Shown piece by piece: positions 10,720-20,754 of a stretch of 49,177 nucleotides of DNA. The stretch comes from Candidatus Bathyarchaeia archaeon (GTDB taxonomy: Archaea; Thermoproteota; Bathyarchaeia; TCS64). The stretch lies in assembly GCA_050014495.1 (NCBI GenBank), contig JBEKDF010000021.1, positions 1 to 49,177 on the forward strand. Reading direction: 5' to 3'. Position numbers and translations under genes: made by a program. Each line of letters starts with the position of its first letter. Position 1 is the first letter of the stretch. The notes beneath the pieces are model-generated. The model saw only the letters and a program-made list of their open reading frames with translations, did not search any database and was not told the origin of the DNA.

Positions 10720-11372
10720 GGAACTTTATTGATCTTCACCTCAAGCCTTCGACTCCAGAGCAAGCGGGACAGATGGTCAATCTCGCTTACCAACTCGGTT
10801 ATAAGTACGTCGTCTCAACCCAACCCATTTCATATTCAGAAAATAATATAACTGTGGCGACCCGTGTTGACATCGAAGCAAAAAGAGGAAAAGAACTAAT
10901 CGACGCACTCAAGAATTGTCGCCGGATATATGATATCATCGCGGTCAAGTGCCTTTCCAAAGAAGTGGCGAGGCAGGCGGCTAAGGACGACAGGGTAGAC
11001 ATACTTCTATTTAGCGACGACCCTGCACAAAGGAAGTATAACTGGCTCGACCACCATGAAGCTGAGCTAGTCAAAGGTACTGGGCGTGCATACGAAGTAG
11101 ATGCCTCAGAGCTCTTGGCCACGAGCCCCACGCACCTATCTAAGATGATAACACTGATAAAACGTGATCTATCGGTTGCAGTGAGGTATGACGTACCTGT
11201 TGTGCTGTCGAGTGGAGCAACTACTCTTCACACTATGAGGGAGCCGAGAGCACTTATCGCTCTCGCTAGCCTCCTCGACATAGATGAGGAATATGCCATA
11301 GATATGATTTCTAAAATACCTGAAGCTATTATCAAGAGAAACTACACCAGAATTAACAAGGAGGTACATTAA
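10716..11372 (+). CDS. rnp3: RNase P protein component 3 (Rpp30)
   Basis: FIDLH, VDIL, VVLSSGA...MREPR motifs; operon context. Confidence 0.85.
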   Translation: MRNFIDLHLKPSTPEQAGQMVNLAYQLGYKYVVSTQPISYSENNITVATRVDIEAKRGKELIDALKNCRRIYDIIAVKCLSKEVARQAAKDDRVDILLFSDDPAQRKYNWLDHHEAELVKGTGRAYEVDASELLATSPTHLSKMITLIKRDLSVAVRYDVPVVLSSGATTLHTMREPRALIALASLLDIDEEYAIDMISKIPEAIIKRNYTRINKEVH

Positions 11373-11695
11373 TGCCAGTCAGAGGAATTAGGCGTAGATA
11401 TATACTATTCAACGTGGTTGGAGAATTCTCCCCTATCGAAGAGGCGATCTGGGACACTGTGAAGGACTCCATTTTAACACTCTATGGGGTGAAGGGGCTT
11501 TCACTCATAGATCCCAATCTAATAGAGTATAACAAGGAAACTAGAAATGGTATCATAAGATGCACACACGATACAGAGATGTTTCTAAGAGCTTCTCTTG
11601 CCTCAATTATGAACGTCTCTGGGGTACCTACCACCTTCAGAGTCCAGAGAACCAGTGGTACAATTAAGGCACTCCGCAGGAAAGCTAGAATTTAG
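11372..11695 (+). CDS. rnp2: RNase P protein component 2 (Pop5)
   Basis: RRYILF, LYG..G, GIIRC, TSGTIKALR. Confidence 0.88.
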   Translation: MPVRGIRRRYILFNVVGEFSPIEEAIWDTVKDSILTLYGVKGLSLIDPNLIEYNKETRNGIIRCTHDTEMFLRASLASIMNVSGVPTTFRVQRTSGTIKALRRKARI

Positions 11696-11800
11696 AAATC
11701 AAAAAAAGATGTCGGATGACTAATTAGAGAAGTATTTTTATTCCTCCTGATAGTTGACAAGGTGGAATCGCAGCAGAGACGTGGGAAGGAGACTGAAAGA

Positions 11801-12022
11801 ATGATAATACCCGTGAGATGCTTCTCATGCGGGAAAGTAATAGGCGACAAGTGGGAACCATTCAAAAAACGCGTTGAGGCAGGTGAGGAACCTGGTAAGG
11901 TTCTTGACGACCTTGGCGTCACCCGTTATTGCTGCCGCCGAATGATACTCTCCCATGTCGAGATCATAGACGACGTGATCAAGTTCCATGAAGGACAGAA
12001 AAGCCTAGAGGTCAAGGGGTGA
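11801..12022 (+). CDS. rpoN: RNA polymerase subunit N (Rpo10)
   Basis: [12 protein letters not shown]...LDDLG..RYCCRRM. Confidence 0.97.
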   Translation: MIIPVRCFSCGKVIGDKWEPFKKRVEAGEEPGKVLDDLGVTRYCCRRMILSHVEIIDDVIKFHEGQKSLEVKG

Positions 12023-12028
12023 AACTAG

Positions 12029-12655
12029 TTGGAACCAGAGAATGAGGCACAGCAGCCGATCAACGAGAACCTACTGCTACCGCAAGAGGTCCTACTATCA
12101 GCAGGCGTCCACATCGGGACACGCGTCAAGACAAAAGACATGGAGCCTTTCATCTATAAAGTCCGACCGGATGGTCTATATGTACTCGACATGGAGCAGA
12201 TGAATGAGCGCATTAAAGTAGCCGCGAAGTTCCTCAGTCGAATGAACCTCAGTAAGCTAGTCGTCGCTTCGAGCAAGCGCTATGGCAGAAGCCCAGTTGA
12301 GATGTTCTGTGAAACAGTTGGGTGCAAAGCCATAACAGGCAGATTCACCTCCGGCACATTCACAAACCCGGTGTATGCTGGATTTTTCGAGCCAACAGCT
12401 GTTATAGTCACTGACAGCCTCGCCGATGACCAGATAGTCATTGAAGCGAGTCAGATTGGTGTGCCAGTCATCGCCCTTGCGAGCACGGACAACAGTAAGA
12501 GTAACGTCGATCTAGTAATCCCAATGAACAATAAGGGCCGTCGCGCCCTTGCTATAGCCTTCTGGCTAATCGCCCGCGAGATACTCAGGGAGCGCAATGA
12601 GTTGCCCGCTAGCGGCGATATGAAGAATAGTATCGACGATTTCGAGACCAGTTAG
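12029..12655 (+). CDS. rps2: 30S ribosomal protein S2
   Basis: AGVHIGT, GRFTSGTFTNP, IPMNNKG. Confidence 0.96.
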   Translation: MEPENEAQQPINENLLLPQEVLLSAGVHIGTRVKTKDMEPFIYKVRPDGLYVLDMEQMNERIKVAAKFLSRMNLSKLVVASSKRYGRSPVEMFCETVGCKAITGRFTSGTFTNPVYAGFFEPTAVIVTDSLADDQIVIEASQIGVPVIALASTDNSKSNVDLVIPMNNKGRRALAIAFWLIAREILRERNELPASGDMKNSIDDFETS

Positions 12656-12667
12656 GAGGAACAAAAG

Positions 12668-13522
12668 TTGTCGGTGAGGCGCCCCTATGTTGCGGGGAGC
12701 TTCTACTCCCGCGATCCACAGCGCCTCAGAAGAGATATTGAAGCATGTTTTAAACACGCTTTAGGGCCTGGAAGACTGCCAATTGAGGGTGATAAGCCGC
12801 GGACTATCACCTCCTTAGTTTGCCCACATGCTGGTTATATTTATAGTGGCCCTGTCGCTGCACACAGCTACCTAGCATTATCTGAAGAGAAAAAACCAGA
12901 TACAGCCATTATACTTTGCCCAAACCATACTGGGATAGGCAGTGCTCTCTCTCTGATGGGTGAGGGCGTCTGGGAGACTCCACTTGGGAGAGTCAAAATC
13001 GACGAGGAGATCTCAAGATCAATATTCAATGCGTCTGGGATGGTCGATATGGATGAGACTGCTCATGTCTACGAGCACTCTATCGAGGTTCAGCTCCCCT
13101 TCCTCCAGTATCTCTATGGATCAATGTTCCAGTTAGTTCCTATATGCATGGGGCTTCAGGATCTCGATGTCAGCAGAAATCTTGGCGAAGCAATAGCTAA
13201 AGCAACTGCATCTAAAAACACCGTCATAATCGCCTCAACTGATATGACTCACCAGGAACCCCAACAGTCCGCTTCGTATAAGGACCATCTTGTTCTCGAT
13301 GCAATCGTAGCCATGGATGAGGAACTCGTTCAGAAAACCATCCAGAATCATAGAATCACTATGTGTGGGTACGGCCCAGTTTCTGCTGCCATAGTCGCTT
13401 CCAAGAAACTTGGCGCTAACAAGGCAGAAATCTTATCATATCACACGAGTGGGGATATGACGGGTGACTTTGAGGCGGTGGTCGGATACTCCTCTGCAAA
13501 GATCACTCGAGCGGTGCAATAG
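12668..13522 (+). CDS. MEMO1 family (AmmeMemoRadiSam protein B)
   Basis: RRPYVAGSFY, PHAGYIYSG, EHSIEVQLPFLQ, MCGYGP. Confidence 0.92.
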   Translation: MSVRRPYVAGSFYSRDPQRLRRDIEACFKHALGPGRLPIEGDKPRTITSLVCPHAGYIYSGPVAAHSYLALSEEKKPDTAIILCPNHTGIGSALSLMGEGVWETPLGRVKIDEEISRSIFNASGMVDMDETAHVYEHSIEVQLPFLQYLYGSMFQLVPICMGLQDLDVSRNLGEAIAKATASKNTVIIASTDMTHQEPQQSASYKDHLVLDAIVAMDEELVQKTIQNHRITMCGYGPVSAAIVASKKLGANKAEILSYHTSGDMTGDFEAVVGYSSAKITRAVQ

Positions 13523-14518
13523 ATGAGCGCAGAGGCGACTGCTCCGGGAAAGATAATCCTATTCGGAGAACATAGTGTGGTCTACAAAGGGCCAGCTATC
13601 CTCCTTGCCATCGACAGGCGTGCTACAGTAATCGCATCCAGACGAGACGATAAAAGAATCTATGTAGACTCCGAGGATCTCGGATTCTCCGGATATTTCG
13701 AAAACGACGAATACACAGCACTCACTGGAAAGGTGTGGAGGGGGAGAAACATGGCAGCTCTCAATGTAGCTGCCCGAAGGGTCATGGCATACTTGGGTAT
13801 AGAGAAGGGGGTCAACCTGAAGGTCAGAAGCATGATACCCATCGCCGTAGGCCTTGGCTCCTCCGCCGCTGTTTGTGTAGCCACGACCGCTGCTGTTGGT
13901 GAGTTATTCGATGGTAATCTCACGAAGGAGAAGATAGCTGAGCTGAGCTTTGAGGGTGAGAAGGTTATTCATGGTAACCCGAGCGGTGCCGATAACAGCA
14001 TAGCTACCTACGGTGGCATAATGAGGTACGAGCGTGGCACAGGACTTAAGAGGCTCCAGATGGAGCAACCCCTTCCTTTTATCATTGGGAACACTCGTAA
14101 AAAGCGCTCAACACGTAACATGGTCGAAGGCGTCAGGGTACTCAAGGAAAGAAACCCAGAAGTTGTTGATCCAATAATATACACGATGGCGGGGTTATCC
14201 CAAACTGGTCTAGATGCACTCCTCCGAGGCGATAAGGAGAAACTGGGGGACCTCATGAACATTAACCATGGGCTGCTTTCAGCCATTGGTGTCTCAACAA
14301 TCGAACTAGATGACTTAGTTTATGCCTCAAGACGCGAGGGAGCGCTCGGCGCAAAATTAACAGGCGCTGGAGGAGGGGGCTGCGTTATAGCCCTCGCAAA
14401 TGAAGAGAACCTTAGCCAAATCGAGAAAAGCATCAGGGCATCGAGAGGCCATTCGATGAGGGTGAATATTACTGACGAGGGCGTTAAGACGAGGAAGATC
14501 AAGGATGGAGATTCTTAA
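13523..14518 (+). CDS. mvk: Mevalonate kinase
   Basis: APGKIILFGEHSVVY, GLGSSAA, HGNPSGAD, KLTGAGGGG. Confidence 0.95.
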   Translation: MSAEATAPGKIILFGEHSVVYKGPAILLAIDRRATVIASRRDDKRIYVDSEDLGFSGYFENDEYTALTGKVWRGRNMAALNVAARRVMAYLGIEKGVNLKVRSMIPIAVGLGSSAAVCVATTAAVGELFDGNLTKEKIAELSFEGEKVIHGNPSGADNSIATYGGIMRYERGTGLKRLQMEQPLPFIIGNTRKKRSTRNMVEGVRVLKERNPEVVDPIIYTMAGLSQTGLDALLRGDKEKLGDLMNINHGLLSAIGVSTIELDDLVYASRREGALGAKLTGAGGGGCVIALANEENLSQIEKSIRASRGHSMRVNITDEGVKTRKIKDGDS

Positions 14519-15284
14519 ACTCGGCGGCTCAGTCGTCACACATAAGGATAGTCTGCGAACCCCTAATGCCGAGGCAATAAATCGACTTGCCACTGAGGTC
14601 GCCACCGCTGGACCGAGGAAACTTATAATAGTCCATGGTGGAGGCTCGTATGGTCATCCTCTCGCCAAGGAGTACGAGATATCCACGGGGTATAAATCGC
14701 CTAGGCAACTAGCTGGCTTTTCATTGACGCACCAGGCGATGGTTGAGTTAAACATGCTTATAGTGACGGCATTCCTCGAAGTCGGCGTTCCCACAATCTC
14801 GATTTCGCCATCATCATTTATCATAACTGAAGATCAAAGGATGACTACAGTCGACTTCAGCGTCGTATCCCAAGCTGTTGATTCTGGTTTTGTTCCAATT
14901 CTTTATGGTGACGCTGTTTTGGACTCAGTGCTTAGATTCACGATCCTCTCCGGGGATCAACTCGCGGCAAGGCTTGCCATCGACCTAGGCGCGAGTAAGA
15001 TTATTTTTGGTGTCGATGTAGACGGTGTCTACACCACCAATCCTAAGCTAGTAAAGGAAGCCCAGTTGATAGATGAGCTGTCCTTCGGGCAGATGAGGAG
15101 TATGATAAAAGTCGGTGAGGCACTTTCAACGGACGTAACTGGTGGTATGCTTGGAAAGATAAGGGAAGCTGGAGCAGCTGTAGAGGCGGGAGTAGATGTC
15201 CAGCTTGTAAACGCTCTTAAGCCCGGCATGGTTCACGATGCACTTCGCGGAGAGAAAGTAAAGTGCACTTGGCTCAGGAGATAA
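14505..15284 (+). CDS. ipk: Isopentenyl phosphate kinase
   Basis: LKLGGSVVT, HGGGSYGH, SGD, DVTGGM..K; lies between mvk and fni. Confidence 0.92.
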   Translation: MEILKLGGSVVTHKDSLRTPNAEAINRLATEVATAGPRKLIIVHGGGSYGHPLAKEYEISTGYKSPRQLAGFSLTHQAMVELNMLIVTAFLEVGVPTISISPSSFIITEDQRMTTVDFSVVSQAVDSGFVPILYGDAVLDSVLRFTILSGDQLAARLAIDLGASKIIFGVDVDGVYTTNPKLVKEAQLIDELSFGQMRSMIKVGEALSTDVTGGMLGKIREAGAAVEAGVDVQLVNALKPGMVHDALRGEKVKCTWLRR

Positions 15285-15288
15285 AGAA

Positions 15289-16380
15289 ATGAGCATAGGA
15301 AAGAGGAAACAGAGACACATCAGAATCAGCCTCGAAGAAAACGTGGAGTCGGATATACCAACCGGCCTGAACGATGTAAATCTAGTCCATAGGGCCCTCC
15401 CGGAAATCGACCTCAAAGACGTTGACACTAGTATCGAGCTCTTTGGGAGGAAGCTCTCCGCGCCGATCATTATATCCGCGATCACCGGTGGCACTGAGTA
15501 TGCCGAGAGAATAAACTGTACACTAGCCAAAGTTGCACAGAAGACCGGGATTGGAATAGGTGTAGGAAGCCAAAGAATAGCCATTCAGCAGCCAGAGGTC
15601 GAAAGGACGTTTCGTGTCGTTAGGGACAATGCCCCCAATTCCCTCGTAATAGGTAATCTAGGCTGTCCTCAACTAAGTCTAGGTTGGGGCTTCGATGAGG
15701 CAAAAAAAGTCGTTGATATGATAGAAGCTGACGCACTAGCTATCCATATGAACCCTCTGCAAGAGGCGGTCCAAGTCGGTGGAGAGACAAACTATCGAGG
15801 GATTCTGAAGAAGATCGCGTCCCTCACATCGTCTCTCAGAGTCCCAGTCATCATGAAAGAAACTGGGGCAGGAATCTCCTACGAGGACGCCAGGAGGCTC
15901 GAGAATGCAGGGGTCTCAGGTTTCGAGATAAGTGGCCTCGGAGGGACAAGCTGGGCCGCAGTGGAGCATCATATTGCTAAGGAAGTCGACGATACTCTCC
16001 AGGAGTATTTGGGGAAATCACTATGGAATTGGGGCATACCAACCGCTTGCAGTCTAGTCGAGGTCAGAGCCGCCTCTAAGGGCAAGATAATCGCCTCGGG
16101 AGGACTCAGAACCGGCTTAGACATAGCTAAAGCACTGTCGCTCGGGGCTGACGCAGTTGGGATCGCTAAACCATTCCTCCAGAAGGCGATCGAGGGAGAA
16201 GACGCACTAGAAAAACATGTTGAAACTATTATAACCGAGGTCAAAACCTGCATGTTCCTCATCGGCGCCCAAAATGTAGCTGAGATGAAGAGTGTCCCAG
16301 TAGTCGTCTCGGGGTGGACCGCCGAGTGGCTAAGGGCGAGGGGGTTCAACACCGATCATCTGGCTATAAGGGGGAGGTAG
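15289..16380 (+). CDS. fni: Type 2 isopentenyl-diphosphate delta-isomerase
   Basis: RKQRHI, ITGG, GVGSQR, HMNPLQE, KETGAG, GGTSW. Confidence 0.96.
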   Translation: MSIGKRKQRHIRISLEENVESDIPTGLNDVNLVHRALPEIDLKDVDTSIELFGRKLSAPIIISAITGGTEYAERINCTLAKVAQKTGIGIGVGSQRIAIQQPEVERTFRVVRDNAPNSLVIGNLGCPQLSLGWGFDEAKKVVDMIEADALAIHMNPLQEAVQVGGETNYRGILKKIASLTSSLRVPVIMKETGAGISYEDARRLENAGVSGFEISGLGGTSWAAVEHHIAKEVDDTLQEYLGKSLWNWGIPTACSLVEVRAASKGKIIASGGLRTGLDIAKALSLGADAVGIAKPFLQKAIEGEDALEKHVETIITEVKTCMFLIGAQNVAEMKSVPVVVSGWTAEWLRARGFNTDHLAIRGR

Positions 16381-16405
16381 GACAATTTTTATCTCCGATA
16401 AATAA

Positions 16406-17428
16406 GTGCTACCAGTGGTCGGCATGTACAGTGACGACAAGATAAAGAGGAAGCTAATTGAGAGCGTTAAACCTGTAGATTCTTTAATAGACGAGATTCT
16501 CAAACCTAGGAGACCTGAAGTACTTTACGACGCATCGAGACACCTCGTCATGGCGGGTGGGAAGAGACTCCGCCCTTTCCTTACTATCAAATCATGTGAG
16601 ATCGTCGGAGGTAACGCTAGTGATGCGATCCCTTTCGCTGCTGCGTTCGAAATACTCCACAACTTCACTCTAATTCATGACGATGTAATGGATAATGACG
16701 CGATGAGGCGCGGAGCACCGACTGTACACACAAAGTGGGGCATCCCCATGGCTATAGCCGCTGGAGATCTGCTCTTCGCCAAGGTCTTCGAGGCGATGAC
16801 ACTTTACGCACCTAAAGGAATGAATGCTAAGCGTATAAAAAATTGTATAGAGATCGCTTCGACTGCAACCACAGAGTTATGTGAAGGCCAGGTTCTCGAT
16901 ATTTCGTTCCCCAATACCTCAGAGGTTACTGAAGACGATTACATAACCATGGTTGGCGGCAAGACTAGTGCCCTCTTTAGAGCTTGTGCGGAGGTAGGAG
17001 CAATTGCAGGAGGTGGAAAGAAACGTCAGATCAAGGCGATGGGCCAGTTTGCATGGGATGCAGGCATCGCATTTCAACTCATGGATGACTACCTTGGTGC
17101 TACAGCTGACGAGAAGACACTCGGGAAACCCGTTGGAAGCGACCTTAGGGAGGGGAAGAAGACGCTCATTATAATTCATGCCTTACGGAAAGCGAAACCA
17201 CGTCAGAAGGAGAAGATACTTGCTGTCCTTGGGAATCCATCAGCGACGAAACAGGAAATAGATGAGACAAATAATCTCCTTAAGGAAATTGGTTCAATCG
17301 ATTATACTCTGAAGAAAGCTGACAGATACATCACGACCGCTAAGAGACACATAAACGTACTTCCCGACTCTGAGGCAAAAAGTGACCTACTAGCGCTTAT
17401 TTATTACTTCACGAATAGACAGTATTAA
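16406..17428 (+). CDS. idsA: Geranylgeranyl diphosphate synthase (polyprenyl synthetase)
   Basis: GGKRLRP, FTLIHDDVMD..RRG, FQLMDDYL, GSDLREGK; true start may be ATG 16424. Confidence 0.92.
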   Translation: MLPVVGMYSDDKIKRKLIESVKPVDSLIDEILKPRRPEVLYDASRHLVMAGGKRLRPFLTIKSCEIVGGNASDAIPFAAAFEILHNFTLIHDDVMDNDAMRRGAPTVHTKWGIPMAIAAGDLLFAKVFEAMTLYAPKGMNAKRIKNCIEIASTATTELCEGQVLDISFPNTSEVTEDDYITMVGGKTSALFRACAEVGAIAGGGKKRQIKAMGQFAWDAGIAFQLMDDYLGATADEKTLGKPVGSDLREGKKTLIIIHALRKAKPRQKEKILAVLGNPSATKQEIDETNNLLKEIGSIDYTLKKADRYITTAKRHINVLPDSEAKSDLLALIYYFTNRQY

Positions 17429-17538
17429 AAAAAAAGGTGCGCTCGATACTCGTTTTTTCCTAATAAGGATAAATCTAAATAGTTTATCTGGGAAAAGGAT
17501 ATAGTTTTGCACCTGCTTTAAGGGCGTAGTGGTCTCCT

Positions 17539-19263
17539 GTGGAGTTTGATGTGGAAAGAATCAGGGAATCTGCGGTCAAGTACACTGTCTTCAATGCATC
17601 CCAATACGGTGGAAAGGCAAACCCTGGCTCGGTAATGGGGAGGATATTCGCAGAATTTCCTGAGGCGAAGGCTAACGCTAAGGATGTTCAATGTCTGATA
17701 GTAGGAGTCGTAGCGGATGTGAACTCTTGGCCATTAGATAAGATCATGGAGACCGTGAAACAGTGGCCAGAGCTTTTTGAGGCGAAGAAGATCGAGGAGA
17801 AAAAGACCTTACCCCCGTTGAAGAATATCGATGCGTGGCCACTAGTGAAGGTGCGATTTGCCCCTAATCCCGACGGGCCTCTTCATCTCGGAAGCGCTGA
17901 GTCAATTATCTTCAGTGATGAGTACTCCAAGATGTATAAGGGGCATTTCATCCTTCGCTTCGAAGATACTAGCGCCGACGTCAAACCACCGATCCTTAAG
18001 ATGTATGAGTGGATACTGGAGGACCTCAATTGGTTGGGTGTCAAGGTTGATGAGAAGTATATTCAGTCAGAGAGGCTCTCCATTTATTACGAGTACGCAG
18101 AAAAGCTCTTGACTATGGGATCTGGCTACGTCTGCACATGCGAATCTGAGGAGTATAAGAGACTCTACATGTCAAAAGAGCCTTGCCCCTGCAGGGATCT
18201 ACAGCCAGAGGAGCACCTTAATCGCTGGAAAATGATGCTAGACGGCGACTATAAACGAGGGGAGGCCGTGGTCAGGGTGAAAACAGAAATAACTCACCCC
18301 AACCCAGCAATACGCGATTGGCCGGCACTTAGGATATCTACTCGATCCCATCCCCTGCAAAAGAGGAAGTATCGTGTTTGGCCCCTTTACAATTTCAGTT
18401 GTGCGGTCGACGATCACTTGATGGGTGTAAGCCATGTGATTAGGGGTAAGGAGCACGAAGTAAACAGCACACGCCAGAAGTACCTCTACGACCACTTCGG
18501 TTGGCAATTTCCAGAGATTATCAACGTGGGACGTCTCGGATTAGAAGCGGGAATTCTTAGCAAGTCAAAGATACGAGCTGGTGTTGACAGTGGAATCTAC
18601 TCAGGCTGGGACGATCCGAGACTCGGAACACTAAGGGCGCTAAAACGGAGAGGTCTCCAACCTGAGACTATTAGAGAGATCATGTTACAGGTGGGGCCAA
18701 AGCCTATCAATGTAACCATCAGCTGGGGAAATTTTGCAGCGGCGAACAAAAAGATAATCGATCCACATGCGAACCGGTATTTCTTTGTCAATGACCCGAT
18801 AGAACTTAGGGTGATTGGGGTCCAGGAGAAGTTAAGAGCTAAGCTGCCGTTACACCCCGATCATCCAGAAAAGGGGTACAGAGAATATACTGTTGACCCC
18901 GAGGATGGGGAGTGTACTTTCTTGGTCACTTCCAAGGACCTATGCGAAGCAGAGGGCAAGCTGATCCGTCTGATGGGGCTTGTAAATATTGAAGTAACAA
19001 AGACTGGAAAAGACGCCGAGGCCAATTTCCATTCGAAGGAACACCAAGTCGCCCGTGAGAATGGGGCCACATTCATACAGTGGCTCACCAAACAAAACTC
19101 TGTGGATGCTGAGGTTGTTATGCCCGATGCATTCATCGCGAGGGGTAAGGCTGAGAAACTCGTATCCGATCTTAGGGTCGACGATATGCTTCAGTTCGAA
19201 AGATTCGGCTTCGTCCGAGTCGATTCGAAGAGGCCACTTCGTTTCTATTACGCCCACGATTAG
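17539..19263 (+). CDS. gltX: Glutamyl-tRNA synthetase (archaeal type)
   Basis: RFAPNPDGPLHLG, LRFEDT, HVIRGKEH, LSKS, QFERFGF. Confidence 0.96.
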   Translation: MEFDVERIRESAVKYTVFNASQYGGKANPGSVMGRIFAEFPEAKANAKDVQCLIVGVVADVNSWPLDKIMETVKQWPELFEAKKIEEKKTLPPLKNIDAWPLVKVRFAPNPDGPLHLGSAESIIFSDEYSKMYKGHFILRFEDTSADVKPPILKMYEWILEDLNWLGVKVDEKYIQSERLSIYYEYAEKLLTMGSGYVCTCESEEYKRLYMSKEPCPCRDLQPEEHLNRWKMMLDGDYKRGEAVVRVKTEITHPNPAIRDWPALRISTRSHPLQKRKYRVWPLYNFSCAVDDHLMGVSHVIRGKEHEVNSTRQKYLYDHFGWQFPEIINVGRLGLEAGILSKSKIRAGVDSGIYSGWDDPRLGTLRALKRRGLQPETIREIMLQVGPKPINVTISWGNFAAANKKIIDPHANRYFFVNDPIELRVIGVQEKLRAKLPLHPDHPEKGYREYTVDPEDGECTFLVTSKDLCEAEGKLIRLMGLVNIEVTKTGKDAEANFHSKEHQVARENGATFIQWLTKQNSVDAEVVMPDAFIARGKAEKLVSDLRVDDMLQFERFGFVRVDSKRPLRFYYAHD

Positions 19264-19326
19264 CCTCGCATTTTACATAACGTTTAAAAACAATGAGTCG
19301 GCGTACACTATGCACAACTGGAGGAA

Positions 19327-19713
19327 ATGACAATGTCCGATCCTTCGAAGCCGTTCTATGTTAAATTCGAAGTCCCCAAGGAAGTAGCTGAGGCCGCCTA
19401 TGAAGCCCTCAAGGTCGCCCGTGAGACGGGCAAGATCAGGAAGGGCACAAACGAGACGACCAAAACGATCGAGAGAGGTAAGGCGAAGCTCGTTCTTATT
19501 GCCGAGGATGTAAACCCCCCAGAAGTGGTTGCACACCTACCTCTTCTCTGCGATGAGCGTAAGGCACCCTATGTATACGTTCCCGAGAAGCAGCGTATAG
19601 GCGAAGCCCTCGGCTTGACTGTAGGAAGTGCCGCTGCCGCAATCGAGGAGACTGGAGACTCTGAAAAGCTCGTCGCCGAGATCGTCGAGAAGCTCAAAGG
19701 TATAGTAAAGTAG
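19327..19713 (+). CDS. rpl7ae: 50S ribosomal protein L7Ae
   Basis: [29 protein letters not shown]. Confidence 0.97.
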   Translation: MTMSDPSKPFYVKFEVPKEVAEAAYEALKVARETGKIRKGTNETTKTIERGKAKLVLIAEDVNPPEVVAHLPLLCDERKAPYVYVPEKQRIGEALGLTVGSAAAAIEETGDSEKLVAEIVEKLKGIVK

Positions 19714-19724
19714 GGTGAACCTCA

Positions 19725-19937
19725 GTGTCCGAGGAACAGGAGAGCCTGACGCAAGCAACGGTCATCCAGATATTGGGTAGGACCGGTCTGACTGGTGAGG
19801 TTATGCAGGTCCGCGTCAGGATAGAGGATGGTAAGGACAAGGGTCGCATTATCACTAGGAATGTTAAAGGCCCTGTGAGAATAGACGACCTACTGCTGCT
19901 ACGTGAGACTGAGCGCGAGGCTAGAAAGATTAGGTAG
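19725..19937 (+). CDS. rps28e: 30S ribosomal protein S28e
   Basis: [30 protein letters not shown]. Confidence 0.96.
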   Translation: MSEEQESLTQATVIQILGRTGLTGEVMQVRVRIEDGKDKGRIITRNVKGPVRIDDLLLLRETEREARKIR

Positions 19938-19946
19938 GTTTAATGT

Positions 19947-20132
19947 ATGCCGACTGTCTACAAATGCGCGTTCTGTGGGAGCGATATAGCCCCTGGCACC
20001 GGGATAGGATTCGTCCGTAGGGACGGTCGTGTCCTAAGGTTCTGTGGCAGCAAGTGCAGAAAGAGTAGTCTAAAGCTGCGTAGGGACCCTAGGAAATTTA
20101 AGTGGACCAAGGCTTGGGGCCAGCAGCGGTAA
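19947..20132 (+). CDS. rpl24e: 50S ribosomal protein L24e
   Basis: CAFCG..I.PGTG...DG....FCGSKC...PRKFKWT. Confidence 0.96.
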   Translation: MPTVYKCAFCGSDIAPGTGIGFVRRDGRVLRFCGSKCRKSSLKLRRDPRKFKWTKAWGQQR

Positions 20133-20249
20133 AATTTCTATTTTTCGTTTACTCTTTCAAATAAGTAATTTCATAGATAAAATATGCATTTTTAAAATCA
20201 GAATTGCGCGCACGGCATCTCCCTCTTAGCTGAGAAGCAATGAGTAAAT

Positions 20250-20334
20250 TGGTGCAGGGGGTGGGGTTCGAACCCACGGAGGACTAACCATCAGGTCCTG
20301 AACCTGACCCCTTTGGCCACTCGGGAACCCCTGC
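20250..20334 (-). tRNA. tRNA-Leu(CAG), long variable arm, CCA encoded
   Basis: Reverse complement: GCAGGGG acceptor stem, TCAGG-TTCAGGA-CCTGA anticodon arm, GGTTCGAACCC T-arm, ends ACCA. Confidence 0.95.
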
Positions 20335-20349
20335 CCATAAATTTGGTGG

Positions 20350-20754
20350 CTAGTGCTTGAGCGTCGCTATGTGCTGTTTATACTTTTCGGCATCCATCAG
20401 TTTCGTGACGTTAGCCTCCCAATTGCTGGGCTTCACTTTCGCGATCCAGCCCTCACCATAGGGGTCGCTGTTGATCTTTTCGGGGCTGTCCAAGAGGGCG
20501 TCGTTTACCTCAACGACGGTTCCGGTTATTGGGCTATAGAAGTCGGACACGGCCTTGACCGACTCAACCGCGCCAATTGCCTCGCCTTGAGCGATGGAGG
20601 CGTCTTTCTTTGGGAGTTCCACGTATACTATTTCATGTAACTGTGCCTGGGCGTAGTCGCTGACGCCAATAATGACAAATTCGCCGCTAGGCTTCGCCCA
20701 CTCGTGCTCGCTAGTATAGAATAATCCGTTTTCAACCTTGACTTCATCTGTCAT
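20350..20754 (-). CDS. gcvH: Glycine cleavage system H protein
   Basis: HEWA, GVSDYAQ, VESVKAVSD lipoyl-Lys motif, DPYGEGW; ATGA overlap with gcvT supports start 20754. Confidence 0.95.
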   Translation of the reverse strand: MTDEVKVENGLFYTSEHEWAKPSGEFVIIGVSDYAQAQLHEIVYVELPKKDASIAQGEAIGAVESVKAVSDFYSPITGTVVEVNDALLDSPEKINSDPYGEGWIAKVKPSNWEANVTKLMDAEKYKQHIATLKH

